Shown here one piece after another: positions 14,301 through 26,000 of a stretch of DNA of 64,000 bases. The stretch spans positions 1 to 64,000 of the forward strand of contig JAQGDQ010000611.1 of assembly GCA_030141605.1 (NCBI GenBank). The letters are read 5' to 3'. How positions within the stretch are numbered: the first letter of the stretch is position 1; every line of letters starts with the position of its first letter. The stretch is from Tubiluchus corallicola. Lineage: Eukaryota; Animalia; Priapulida. The notes beneath the pieces are model-generated. The model searched no databases and was not told where the DNA came from. It worked only from the letters and a program-made list of their open reading frames with translations. The position numbers and the translations under genes are program-made.

Positions 14301-15355
14301 ATTAACACCAAGTCAACAAATTAAAACCCGCCACACACAAAGTCACTAACACAAAACATCCATAGAGCACCTAATTTGAATTTCAATTTGTAAATATTGT
14401 AAAGTTTTAAAATCTTAAATGTATCTAAAGTTTTAGTATAATTTGTCACTTGTTTTTAATTGTAAATTCATTTTTTAACACTATTGCTCACAGCAGTGGA
14501 AACACTCATTACACTTCATAGATGAGTAATTTTAACCGCAATAAAGAATTTTATTATTTTTATTATTTATACTATTGTGTATGATGCTTTTTAATTAGGT
14601 CGCATTTACTCTTTTGATTTGTTAACTGACAACTAACTTTTCAATGAGCACACTAACACTCGTTAGAAAATAGCTTTGAAAGAGATTGACCCAGTATAAT
14701 TAGTAATGAAAGTATAGCAAGTGACTGTAACTTTTGTATAATCAACCTCGGACATAAGGGACACCTCGGGACCGGAAGAAATCGTCCTTTTTATCCGATG
14801 TCCCTTATAACCGAAGTTGAGTCAGACCGAGGATGTATCTAGACCTGCACTTTTCTGTACTTTTATCCATATTTTTATGGATTATTGCTACACATTCAGT
14901 GCAAACGGTATGTAGGAAGCTCCAAGATGTATGAGACCACAGAAACCGAGCTGTTCGAAGACCGAGTTTGCGAAAAATTGAGGTTAAAAATCGATCAATT
15001 TCGCTTTGATCATAGGGTCCCTTATATGCGAGGTAATTTACATGGGTTTCTACTACGCGAGACCTGACGATATCGTCCCTTATAACAGAAAGTCCCTTCT
15101 ATCCGAGTACCATATATACGAAGATTTTTACATAGGAAAAACGTTACGAAAAATCGGGACCAATGTTGGTGGTCCCCTACAAGCGAGTGTCCCTTATAAG
15201 CGAGTACCTTATACCCGAGGTTGACTGTATATTTTCAAATATTTACATGTCGTGAAATAAAATAAACTAAAATACTAAACTAAACCGGAAATGAAGAAAA
15301 AACTCAAATATTTACTCACCGCAACTCTAAACCAAAGCCGAGAAGCCATATTCAT
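1918..15355 (-). CDS. Secreted or cell-surface multi-EGF-repeat protein (fibropellin/Notch-like repeats), 5' part; continues beyond the left edge
   Basis: Join 15355-15320, 12273-12204, 8402-8310, 7028-6915, 6432-6322, 5176-5066, 4513-4403, 3600-3493, 3111-3001, 2453-2343, 2025-1918. All junctions GT-AG and phase-compatible: [48 protein letters not shown]... followed by one EGF domain per phase 1-1 exon. The first two exons are less certain than the EGF exons. Confidence 0.8.
2343..2453 (-). CDS. EGF exon ([36 protein letters not shown])
   Basis: 111 bp, CTCTTAG acceptor, GTAAGT donor, phase 1-1. Confidence 0.8.
3001..3111 (-). CDS. EGF exon ([36 protein letters not shown])
   Basis: 111 bp, TTTTTAG acceptor, GTAAGT donor. 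Confidence 0.85.
3493..3600 (-). CDS. EGF exon ([35 protein letters not shown])
   Basis: 108 bp near-identical paralogue of 1918-2025. Confidence 0.85.
4403..4513 (-). CDS. EGF exon ([36 protein letters not shown])
   Basis: 111 bp, canonical splice sites. Confidence 0.85.
5066..5176 (-). CDS. EGF exon ([36 protein letters not shown])
   Basis: 111 bp, canonical splice sites. Confidence 0.8.
6322..6432 (-). CDS. EGF exon ([37 protein letters not shown])
   Basis: 111 bp, TTTTACAG acceptor, GTAAAA donor; inside ORF 6296..6520. Confidence 0.88.
6915..7028 (-). CDS. Calcium-binding EGF exon ([38 protein letters not shown])
   Basis: 114 bp, DIDEC and C-x-D-x4-F-x-C calcium-binding EGF signature, GTGAGT donor. 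Confidence 0.9.
7538..7923. mobile_element. MITE with about 22-bp terminal inverted repeats
   Basis: GCGTCAATAAGCATTTTCACAG at left and CTGTGAAAAGGCTTATTGACGC at right (1 mismatch). Confidence 0.55.
8016..8142 (+). mobile_element. 5'-truncated RTE-type LINE 3' end with 19-bp target-site duplication
   Basis: Encodes [28 protein letters not shown] (RTE-like C-terminus), GAA-rich tail, flanked by AGTAGTTAGAACTAAACTA at 7997-8015 and 8143-8161. Confidence 0.8.
8310..8402 (-). CDS. Short EGF exon ([30 protein letters not shown])
   Basis: 93 bp, CTTTCAG acceptor, GTGAGT donor, 6 Cys. Confidence 0.85.
9780..10340 (+). mobile_element. Degraded CR1-type LINE ORF2 C-terminus and tail
   Basis: Remnant peptides [32 protein letters not shown] and [18 protein letters not shown] match the CR1 ORF2 C-terminal pattern; GGATAT/GGATCT tail. 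Confidence 0.7.
10700..11660 (+). mobile_element. Degraded LINE C-terminal fragment, interrupted by a hAT MITE
   Basis: [17 protein letters not shown]...[10 protein letters not shown] resembles the LINE ORF2 C-terminal 'HxLxIETGR' / Cys-His region; frameshifted. Confidence 0.6.
11121..11555. mobile_element. Non-autonomous hAT element containing a (CT)n tract
   Basis: TIR CAGGGCCTTTTCAAG / CTGAAATAGGCCCTG; perfect 8-bp TSD CCCCTAAC at 11113-11120 and 11556-11563; (CT)n about 11222-11325. Confidence 0.85.
12204..12273 (-). CDS. Probable second coding exon of the EGF gene ([23 protein letters not shown])
   Basis: TTTTTATTTAAG acceptor, GTAAGT donor; phase 0-1 bridges the start exon and the first EGF exon and completes a hydrophobic signal peptide. 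Confidence 0.6.
13310..14220 (+). mobile_element. Degraded L2/CR1-group LINE fragments
   Basis: [28 protein letters not shown] (pre-RT region) and C-terminal-like segments such as [22 protein letters not shown]. Confidence 0.55.
14739..15227. mobile_element. Tc1/mariner-pogo (Tigger-like) MITE
   Basis: TIR TAATCAACCTCGGACATAAGG / CCTTATACCCGAGGTTGACTG, TA on both flanks, internal GTCCCTTATA subrepeats. Confidence 0.75.
15320..15355 (-). CDS. Probable start exon of the EGF gene ([12 protein letters not shown])
   Basis: ATG at 15355, GTGAGT donor at 15319; preceded by acceptor TTTGTAG|G, with a candidate 5'UTR donor GTGAGT at 15520. Confidence 0.6.
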
Positions 15356-16289
15356 CCTACAAAATTGTAACAACTTTTCAGGGAAAAGCTCCTACGTCCG
15401 TACACACCGGTAAACAAACAAACCGATGCAATTGACAGGCGTGCTCAAAATCTTCCGCACAAAAGTGGTCGTTAAACTTGTTTTGCTGAAGCATATGTTA
15501 TGTAACTACTGTAGACTCACAGTGTACCTGTGGAGCGCAGATACAGTACAACAATTTCAGAAACTTACAGAAAGCCATGTAAGTCTTAAAGGTTAACTTG
15601 TTTCAATTGAACCATGTAACCAATGGATTTATTATTGTTTATATATAAACTTGTAAATTTCTAAATTTACAGGTTTATAAATTTGATTAGATTTGATTAC
15701 TTTATTTTTATCACCAAAAATACATAAGAAGTAAGTAATAATTGTAATTAAATATGTTTTATAGTTGTAGCCTATATGTATAATATTATAGATATACGAA
15801 CACTTGCTGCTAAAATATTTTATACTAATGGAGGGCTTTAGGGGTGTTTCGGTGAAAGAACAGACCGAGCCAAAACCTGGCTTCACTACAATACTATTTC
15901 TATAATTTTTACTGTTCGAAGTGATTAGTAAAATATAGCACTATATTTTAAGTAAAATGTGAGGTAAACATACCAAATAAACAATTAAATTCGCATGCGA
16001 AGATACTTTCAACTGTTTATTAATGTAGACACATTTCAAGTTGTCCATTTCATAAGTCTCAATGAATATCATTCAATGTAATTCTTATTAAAGAAACGAT
16101 CAATTAAAATTATTAAATATTCAAACAATCCATAAAATGAATTACATGAACTGATATATCACAACATGTATATAATTATATGAACGTGTAATTGTAATAC
16201 AATAATATTTCACACTATTTTAATGCTGATGATGTAAGCCTGTATATAGCACATTATTTCAGTAATGACACGTTATACAGCCTAATTAC

Positions 16290-16805
16290 TAAGACCGGTT
16301 TTAAGCAAGTTAGTCCGATATGTTCAAACTGAGCTTCGCACCCAGGGAAGGGCCCCTCAAGCGGTGAATGTTATGATAAATTAATGGGTGACCACGACGT
16401 TTCTTGATGCTGTTAAAGCAGTGAAACTATTCAGTCTGTCCTCGTACACTTACGTTTTAATGTTTTTTGGCTGATCGTTTGTGTATTTGTTTTGCAGTTT
16501 CAGTTTATCGTCACCATGTACCTTTTTTAAAAAAAGTAATGCGTGCCCAAACATGCATGATTAGTTAGATCGTCATTGGATTTTAATTTTGCTAATTTAT
16601 GGATGATGTTCAAACCCTCAACATAGATAGAACACTGTTAATGAGATTATATAAGATAAGCCTTGGAATACCCATATAATACAAAGTTGTGATGTTTAAT
16701 AATGTCTCCAAAGTGTTTATATTGTTCTGCAGAATTAATTTTGTGGGGTGGAAGGCACCCCTAACAATTTTCTAATTGAGCCTCGCACCTCCTAGCGCCG
16801 GCATG
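16290..16805. mobile_element. Old hAT-like MITE just downstream of the nAChR stop codon
   Basis: Flanked by CTAATTAC (16282) and CTGATTAC (16806); degenerate CCGG-containing TIRs. Confidence 0.4.
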
Positions 16806-16889
16806 CTGATTACAATAAATTTACAATAATACTATCACACAACACAAATAATGCACCCTCAACATGCAATTCTGCCCAACGTTCATAAC

Positions 16890-17030
16890 TTATTTGATTG
16901 GTCTAGCGAGATCGTATATAGATGGCGCGCACAACATCATTCCCAGTGTGCCAGAGATGCAAGCTAGGCTGAAAAACCACAGGAAGAGCCTGTCTAGAAC
17001 CATGGCAACATACTGCCAGTCTTCTTTTAC
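16890..17030 (-). CDS. nAChRalpha: nAChR alpha exon 6 ([46 protein letters not shown])
   Basis: TTGTTTTTAG acceptor, TM4, TAA at 16892-16890. Confidence 0.93.
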   Translation of the reverse strand, partial: VKEDWQYVAMVLDRLFLWFFSLACISGTLGMMLCAPSIYDLARPIK

Positions 17031-20000
17031 CTAAAAACAAAGAAAGAGACTTTCTTAGCGTTTTATACGGCTAGATCCAATTGCTAAACATACATTTTTA
17101 AAAAGTATAAAACTATGCTTTACTTCCTTACCCCTACTTGAACTTAAGCATTTGTAAGGAAACTACTTTGAAACAAAGTAAGTAATATGTCCACATATTT
17201 ACAAAGTTGACACGTGCATGTTTATTCGTTTGGAAATGCAGTTATACAATCTAAGGAAATAATGAAAAACATACATTTAAAGCACAAGAAAACCCTCCAC
17301 TTACATAAAGCTTAAAAAACGTCTCGAAATTTTATACCACTTACGCACTACCTTTTCGTATGCATGGCTTGTATCGGCCGTAACACTGTGTAAAACGTGT
17401 AAATTTAAACTCCCGCGATGACCGTTAGGCGCAGCCATTTTAATGGTAGGTCTTATAAAACAAATTTTGATAACATTAAGTAAAGTTTGAAAAAATAATC
17501 AGAGCATCTGTAGATGTTGCTAATTAAGTAAAATTTTAAATTGCTGTATCTTGTCAATAAGATTAAAAATACGTTTTTGGCTAGAGAGTGGCGCACCCTA
17601 GAAAGTGAGTCAGCGACATTTTACCAACTGGCACAAGCATTTTAAATGAGTAGTCTAGTTGTACAAGTCTTTCCAGTAGGTAAGTGAAATGCTAAGTAAT
17701 ATAGGTTTGCACAGAAAGTTTTTTGGGTCATAATTTAACATTGCCTTTTCTGCCCCTATTTTAGTGACGTCATGTAATGGCGCCGTCGGAACAGTATTGC
17801 GGGAGATTTAAAATGAAAACAAACGAAAATTCCTTTCAACACGAATACGATATGTGAATAAAATTGCTGTAAAGTAGTATAATTTTTTAAGGCGATTTTT
17901 CTGAAACCTACTTCAAGTGCCCCTTTTCTTGTCCTTTAATGTGCATATAAGACAGCATGCTTACATCACTGGTGGAAAGAACCAGAAGTAAGAACTTGTT
18001 AGGTGTTTGTGCCACTGTAAGAATGTCCAAATAATTGAAGAAAAAGAGCAAAGAAACGAGGCATCTAGGCAGTTTGAAAGTAAAAACTTACTAGGTAGTT
18101 ACCACTGTAAAGACGTCCAAGTAATTGAAAAGAAGATAAACAAACGAGGAGTTTAAGCAGTTTAGAAGGAAAAATTTGTGCAAAACAAGGATAGAAGTGA
18201 CGGACAGAAGTGACAGATAGAAATGACGGATAAAAGAACGTTCAAAAGGATAAGACGAGTCCCTTTTGAAGTTTCTGGGTTAAAATCCACTTACGTTAGT
18301 CATAAGTCATTTATTTCACATTACACATTTACAATAGTTTCATGTACAATATCTAGTGAAAGGGCCTATAATGAACATAGTACAAATAAGAAATACTACA
18401 CAGGAAAAGCCTCAAACACTGTTCACCTATATACGAAAATAAATGTGTTGTGGGCAATAATGTGCTAGAGCTTCTGTAACCATCTTCCTATACTTACTCA
18501 GTCTTAATTGAGTACCTGGTCATACGGATGTAACGATATCGATACGTATGGATAACTAACCTGTCAATGATTTTCGATTATCGTATCGATATGAAAAATA
18601 CGTTTTTATCACATCGATATTATTCTAGGAATATCGCTAGCTTATCAAATTTGGTACGTATTGCTATTTGCAAAGTCATTTTACTTTGCTTTTTCATTGA
18701 TGTAATGGAAATACATAAAATATTTAAAAAAAGATTAATTTATAAGGTTATTGGAATCATTTTCTTGTAATTTCTTCCAGCATTAATGGCTGTCTCTAGC
18801 CGGTTTAGTCACAAAGGAATGTTCAGGGTAGTATTTTTAGAGGCGATTTCCTTGTTATATACATAAATAATGATAAATTATTGATAGAATAGCAATAAAT
18901 GAGCTTTTGTAAGGAATGTTTGTGAGCAAGCATGCTAGGGTCGCGCGCATTGTTTCTGGCTGACCAATCAATGAATGACATCCGTCTTTCGAAATTTGAC
19001 CAAACGGCCTCTATAGAAAAAACGTTCTAACTGCGCTTAGTGTGACTCTTGGAAGGAGATATATAGCTCTTTAGAAAGAGGAAGAACAGGACTATACGAT
19101 GGTGTACACTATATTTCAGGACACGTCCACCAAGAGGAGTGACTACGAGTTGCTTAGATATTCCTTTTTTGGCAATGTTCGCTTGGAAAACTGCCGACGC
19201 AAAGCCATTGTTCTGACGTCATCCATTATACTCTGCTTATAACCTTATAACTTTAACTCAGTAAAAGCTGCTACTGGCTCTGAGTTATAAATGAGGACAA
19301 TGTAGGATGTTTGCGTATTATTGATTATAAGTGTATTTATACGCAAAATTTTTTGCGGGGCCTTTGCTAATATATACATTAATTTGGAAGTGGCTTGCAA
19401 AAATACAGAGCTGTCATATGCTGATACACTTTACACAACTACTGCAGGTTCAGCATCTTGAATTAGCTTATCGTATCATATTGCAAAGCAGATAATCAAT
19501 ATCGTATCACTGGAAAAATGTATCACATTCTATCGTTAACGTATTGCCCAATGTGTATCATTAAACATTTCTACCTAGTCATGTACTTTTGGAAGAAAGG
19601 CAGCTGAGCAACAAACTAGCCACCTCTCTTCCATCTATCGACCTAGGTCCATCAGAATGTTGGTTCTTTTTCTTCACTCTATAAAGCAGGAAGTTCTTCT
19701 GACTCAGAATGGCCAAGAGTGAATATGCTTACCGATCGTAATTCATCCTCTTTCTGAATATGAGAAGCTATGTACTGAACATCCTCCATTGCTTTCTGTA
19801 TCTCCGGATGTCGAGGTTTGGCTTTTTGTAGGTTAAGCTGCCTACTGAGGAGAGCGCTGTCGACGGACATCAGTCGACTCAGTCTCTTACTGCTCTCCTT
19901 CACAACGATGTATGTCTTGTCCTTCTCAAACTCCGGACGGCGCATCATCAGAAACCGCGGCAACATCTCCAGGAAAATCTGCTTTAATACAGGTTGCATC

Positions 20001-23000
20001 TCGTGTGTTTCTGGACTCCGATAATGCATGTTTAATACATACACTGTCACGCACACAGAACCAGTCACCAAAAACAGCGTAAACAGCAAGTACTTGCCTA
20101 TCAGCGGCACCACCAACGATGTCGGCGGGATAGTTTCTGACAAGAGCAAAAAGAAGACGGTCAAACTGACGAGAATGGAGATACTCAGTGAGATTTTTTC
20201 GCCACTGACCACTGGTAAGTAAAAAGTACACACAGTTAAGAATGACAATGCAACACACGGTATGATAAAGTTGACCGTGTAAAATAAAGTTTTTCTCCGT
20301 AAAACCACATTGTAAGTGATGTCAACATACTGTTCCGGGCAGCAGGAGTAACGATATGCGGTCCTGTTTCCCGGAACTGCCATCAGATCCCACTCCACGC
20401 TAGTAACGAACTCGCTGAGATCTATGGCCGAGTCCTTGTAATCTCCGGTGTAGTCTTTGTGCTGGAGATCCACTAAACTCTTGTCGTACGTCCATGATCC
20501 GAATTTCATGGAGCAGTTTTGCTCGTCGAATGGAAAAAATCTCACATTGATGTCGCAGGAACTCTTGTAGATGGCTGGAGGTTCCCAGACCACGTGACCA
20601 TTTTTATAGACTTTTGCTTTTGTCATCAAAGTAACCTGATAGTTTCCATCAGCGCTGCAAAGAAAAGAACTGCAACTTTAATCAAGGTTAGCCATGGATT
20701 ACGTAATTTTTAGCCAAACAAATTACAAAGTACCTAGTCATCAAAAAGGAAATATTTAAATGAAAGGAACTTTATGATAATCAAAGCTTAACTAGACTGC
20801 AGCCTAGGGTGCCAAATTGTGAGGAGGACCAAATTTTAGGAGACCAATGTTAAAAAATCCTAATTCTCCTCACAAAATGCGTATCCTTTCAGATACATAT
20901 AAAGTACATATTTTATAGCATACCAAAAGCAGTTAGAGAATCTGCTACTATATAAGTTCTACATAACAAATAAGTACAATTAGGACATAAAAGATCTTAC
21001 AAGTATGTGCACAGTCTGCCTAGATATAAGGTCAATGGAAATACATGTAATTAACAACAGCCACATAGATGTTAAGTAATACACCACAAGTAATTCGAAA
21101 GCAAACATCTGTAAAAGCGATAACAGGGACTGAACTATCTGATTCAGCTTAGGGTGTCGTGATGGTAAGATACATTTTAGTCATGATTTGACTTACTTAT
21201 TATATAACACAATGTCTGGTATCCAAATCCTCTGAGAGGGTACATACAGAACATCAACATCCCCATACTCTGCCGGATCCCACGTTAGTTTGTAATCTCT
21301 CCATTCCTAGAAAAACAAATTATACTATTAAACAGATTTAGACAAATACTGGAGCAAATGAATTTTTATTTCAACTATTACTCAGCTGCATTTAAAATAC
21401 AAATGTCTGGTTTCAATCAAAAGAGCTTAGGAATAATACCATTGAGAATAATGCTAGGGAGCATGGTTTCATCAGCAACAGAGCTTCAACAGTAATGGTT
21501 TAAGAAACATGGCTTCAAAAATATTTGCCCAGGAAATGGCTTATACAATATTGGCTTCAGGAATAATGACCCAAGAAGCGAGGCTTCAACACTAATGACC
21601 CAGGAAGCATGGCTTCAACAATGATGACCCAATAAGCGAGGCTTCAACACTAATGACCCAGGAAGCATGGCTTCAACAATGATGACCCAAGAAGCAAAAG
21701 TTCATCAAGAATGACCCAAGAAGCATGACTTCAACAACGATGACCCAGGAAGCATGGCTTTAACAATAACAACCCAGGGAGCATGGTTTCACTAACAGTA
21801 GCCCAATAGGCTTCAACAATAATGGCCCAGAACGTAGCTTCAAAAAATAAACAGGAAACATGGCTTCACAACAAAAATGAACTAGGAAACATGGCTTCAA
21901 CAAAAATGAACTAGGAAACATGGCTTCAACAAAAATGAACTAGGAAACATGGCTTCAACAAAAATGAACTAGGAAACATGGCTTCAACAAAAATGAACTA
22001 GGAAACATGGCTTCAACAAAAATGAACTAGGAAACATGGCTTCAACAAAAATGAACTAGGAAACATGGCTTCAACAAAAATGAACTAGGAAACATGGCTT
22101 GATCAAAAATGAACTAGGAAGCATGGCTTCAACAAAAATGAACTAGGAAACATGGCTTCAACAAAAATGAACTAGGAAACATGGCTTCAACAAAAATGAA
22201 CTAGGAAACATGGCTTCAACAAAAATGAACTAGGAAACATGGCTTCAACAAAAATGAACTAGGAAACATGGCTTGATCAAAAATGAACTAGGAAGCATGG
22301 CTTCAACAAAAATGAACTAGGAAACATGGCTTCAACAAAAATGAACTAGGAAACATGGCTTCAACAAAAATGAACTAGGAAACATGGCTTCAACAAAAAT
22401 GAACTAGGGAACATGGTTTTAACAAAAATGAACTGGGAAGCATGGCTTCTTGACATACATTTTTAGAAAGCATGACACTTGAAAACCATTTATGATACGC
22501 ATGTGCATGTCACCACTCGCCTATATTACACGACTGGTTATTTACATATTACTTCAACCAAGTGTCTTTCCATTACTACAGAACAATTTAAATAAACATC
22601 ATTATATTCAGAAAAGAACTACAAACTTCTAATAAAAAATTCTGTACCTGCTGTACCCAAACGTTCGTTATCATCACTTGATTCTTTTCATCCTGTAAAA
22701 ACCAATAATAATATCAAAATCCAGCCTTGCCCCATTCTTAGAACTTTTCTAAACTGCCAGCAAATTACCAAAATCATAACATGGTCGTCATCACAAGTTT
22801 CTGTCGTTACTTTGGCTAGCAGAAGTCAGTTAAAATGATGGTTAGTTAGTTAAAATTTTTCTGTCCAGTTTTCGATTCTTTTTTCTTAACAAATCTTATG
22901 CACTAAGCACTCCTACGAAGAGCACTTATTTATCTCTTTTGCAATTTCATAATTGCTGTAAAAATCATCCATTTTTAAATTTTATTATCGTTTTGTACTG

Positions 23001-26000
23001 TGACTGTATCCTTAATTCTTGAATCGAATTTAAATTTATGTAGGTTCTTTGGAGGCAACTGATTATACACTGCTGCAAATACAGTTTGGGGGTGAACGAA
23101 GCATTTAAAATTACTGACGAAAATTTTGTGATACCCTAAGCATTAGTAATGGCTACCAGTGACCCAGACCACAGCACCCTGTCTGAAAATCGCTGACACA
23201 AGGCCTAACACAAAGTTTGCTTAAAGTTTGGCTATCAAACAGCAATTTTAATATGGAATATCAAACAAACATTGACCTATATTATTTTAAAATTGCTATT
23301 GTGTAGTTACATAATGTGCGACAGTAATAGCGAAGCAGTTTGTCCATTTATCCAATAATACGATACTTACATAATAAACAACGTCCGTTACATTTGTGTT
23401 AGAGCATAAGAATCTGCATAGTGTGGAGTTACTCACCACATTTATGAGTTGAGTAAGTTGGAGTCCTAGCTTCATTAATACAGTATACTCACCACATTTA
23501 AGAGTTTAGTAAGTTTGAGTCCTAAGCTTCACTAATACAGTATACTCACCGCATTTATGAGTTGAATAAGTTGGAGTCCTAGCTTCACTAACACGATATA
23601 CTTACAACATCTAAATGAGTTGAGTAAGTTTGAGACCTATCTTCATTAACATAACATACTCAGCACATTTACAAGTTGAGTAAGTTTGAGTCCTAGCTTC
23701 ACTAATACAGTATACTCAGCACATATATGATTTGAATAAGTTTGAGTCCTAGCTTCACTAATACAGTATACTCACTGCATATATGAGTTGAGTAAGTTTG
23801 AGTCCTAGCTTTACTAACACAATATACTCACCACATTTACGAGTTGAGTAAGTTTGAGTCCTAGCTTTAACTAACACAATATACTCACAACATTTATGAG
23901 TTGAGTAAGTTTGAGTCCTAGCTTCACTAACACAGTTTCATTGTGGTGTCTAACTGGTCGAGTCTGTCTGTTATAACTACTCAGCAAATCATCGTAAAGT
24001 CGCTTAGCATCTGGGTTAGCTTCACTACCTACAAAAAATCGATAGGATAAGCAAAATTTGGTCAACAGTTTATTCTAAAACTATTATAAATATAAACATA
24101 AAAATATACTTATAAATATGGAGCACGGAAGATGAATTTCACTTTAGTATGCAATGCAATGTTTATTGTCAAGATCCTTATAAAGAATTGCGTTCTTAAA
24201 TCAAGTATCAGATATTTTTCCAGAATTCTCATCCATGTGTGATATTGATAAGTTTATATTTTTAAACAAAAGTGGAGATGTGGAAGTTAAGAAATTCTTA
24301 ATTAACTATGTGCCTAAAATTTCAACAATACGTGATTCTGAATTAAGAGATACGAATAAATTTTGCTAAGAATTAATGTATTTAATCAGCACTGTGATAT
24401 ATATGTAGATGTGTTTGTTATAATTATGGTACTTCTTAATCAACTATGCTTAGAAAGAGTCCGGTATTTGTAGAGACGTGCGCCTGTATGCCTTGTTTAT
24501 TTAAGTATATGATTTGTTATTTGTACTTGTGTTTATGTTTGTAAAATAAAGCGCTTTTTATTGTTAAATAAAATTTATAATTATTTAATCTAGCTATTCG
24601 ATAAAGCTTCTCTGTCGAGCAAGTGAATCTCCTTCCCCTGCGCGCTTTTGTCACTGAATTTTATAAGCAAGAAATTTGATCAATAAAGCTCCCGAGATCA
24701 CTGGGCACATTTGCAAATCTGTTAAACGGTTCTATCGATTTTAACAGGTTCGCAATTAAAGAATTTTCCACTTTCATCGACCAAAGGCTTTTACCAGATG
24801 CTAAGCAAAAAATCAGGAAAAAGCAGAACAATACCTAGTTTTAGATTAAACATCGTGTATATGCTAAAGCGACTTCTGCTATTTGGTTAGCAAAAAGTTT
24901 GTGAGAGGCAACCGTTTCTCAAACCGAGAAAAGGGGAATCTTATTCAATTACCCAGTGACACTCTGATCAAGTTATGACGTAAGAGAATCGTAGTCCACG
25001 TCAGGATTAAAATCACATGCAACTACAACATTTATACATTGCAAAAATTTACAAAACAAATATCATAGTAATAATTATGCGAGAAATTATATTGTATCTA
25101 AAAATTGTTGTAACGATCTGACGTCTGGGGGTAGATTGTTTGATCGAAGGTAGTCGCTGGGGTAACAATTTGACCGGCCTGACCGAGCTAAAGAAAGGGG
25201 CGACCAATCATCTACCCGTTAGCTCCAGACAGTGGCGAGCTTATAGGCAGTCTACGGGGGGGGGGGGGGCTGTCTATTGAGCAGAGTGGTTCGGGTGTGG
25301 GATGTGCAGTTTACTTTGCTTGGAGTAATCTGTTGTACTCACTGTGATAATGCAAACGACGATGTGTAGGCAACTAATGCACAAACAATCAATTGCATAA
25401 ATATTGTAGAAATAATTATTAAGCGAACAAACAAAAAATGTATGTAAAAAAACACTATCACTAGTCAAACACTAATTTAACTACATTTGGATGTGCTACA
25501 TATTACAGTATCTACTTACAGTAGACTTACACTATCAAGTCGATAAACAAACAAATAAATTGGCAAATAATGCACAACAGCTAAACCTAACTAAAAGGAG
25601 TACCTATTTGCCTAACTACATGCCACCCCAAATGATGTAGTCCTCGCTAGCGCTATGACGATCAACCGGTATTATCTCACTTAGAAAATACACCATGGAG
25701 GTTGCGTAGTACTACTAAGTTTAACGTAGGGCGCCTCTATGATGAGGTTGCAACTCAGCGTTAATTAGTATCACTAGCCCAATTTCTTGAACAGCAGGGA
25801 GGTTAAGCCCAGCTTCCACGCAACTGCTAACTGCTAGCAAATACTAAATTGTGCAACTTACAGTCTCTGGGTTGTTATCGTACTGGGGGTGCCGCGTCAC
25901 CTCAAACATGGATCCGCCTCTCAACGGTTTGTCGGTACACCCATGGCACTTCCCAACGATACGAACACAGCAATGAGACAAAGTCTTAATTGTCACCAAC

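Noticed and set aside
15356-15365. Acceptors directly before the ATG in two genes (AG|GATG at 15356 and 38457) as evidence of spliced-leader trans-splicing
   Set aside because: Plausible cis donors exist upstream (15520, 40286), so ordinary 5'UTR introns explain them.
21870-22450. CRISPR-like regular repeats (also the 37-, 43- and 34-bp arrays)
   Set aside because: Head-to-tail units with no unique spacers, no cas genes, eukaryotic intronic context.
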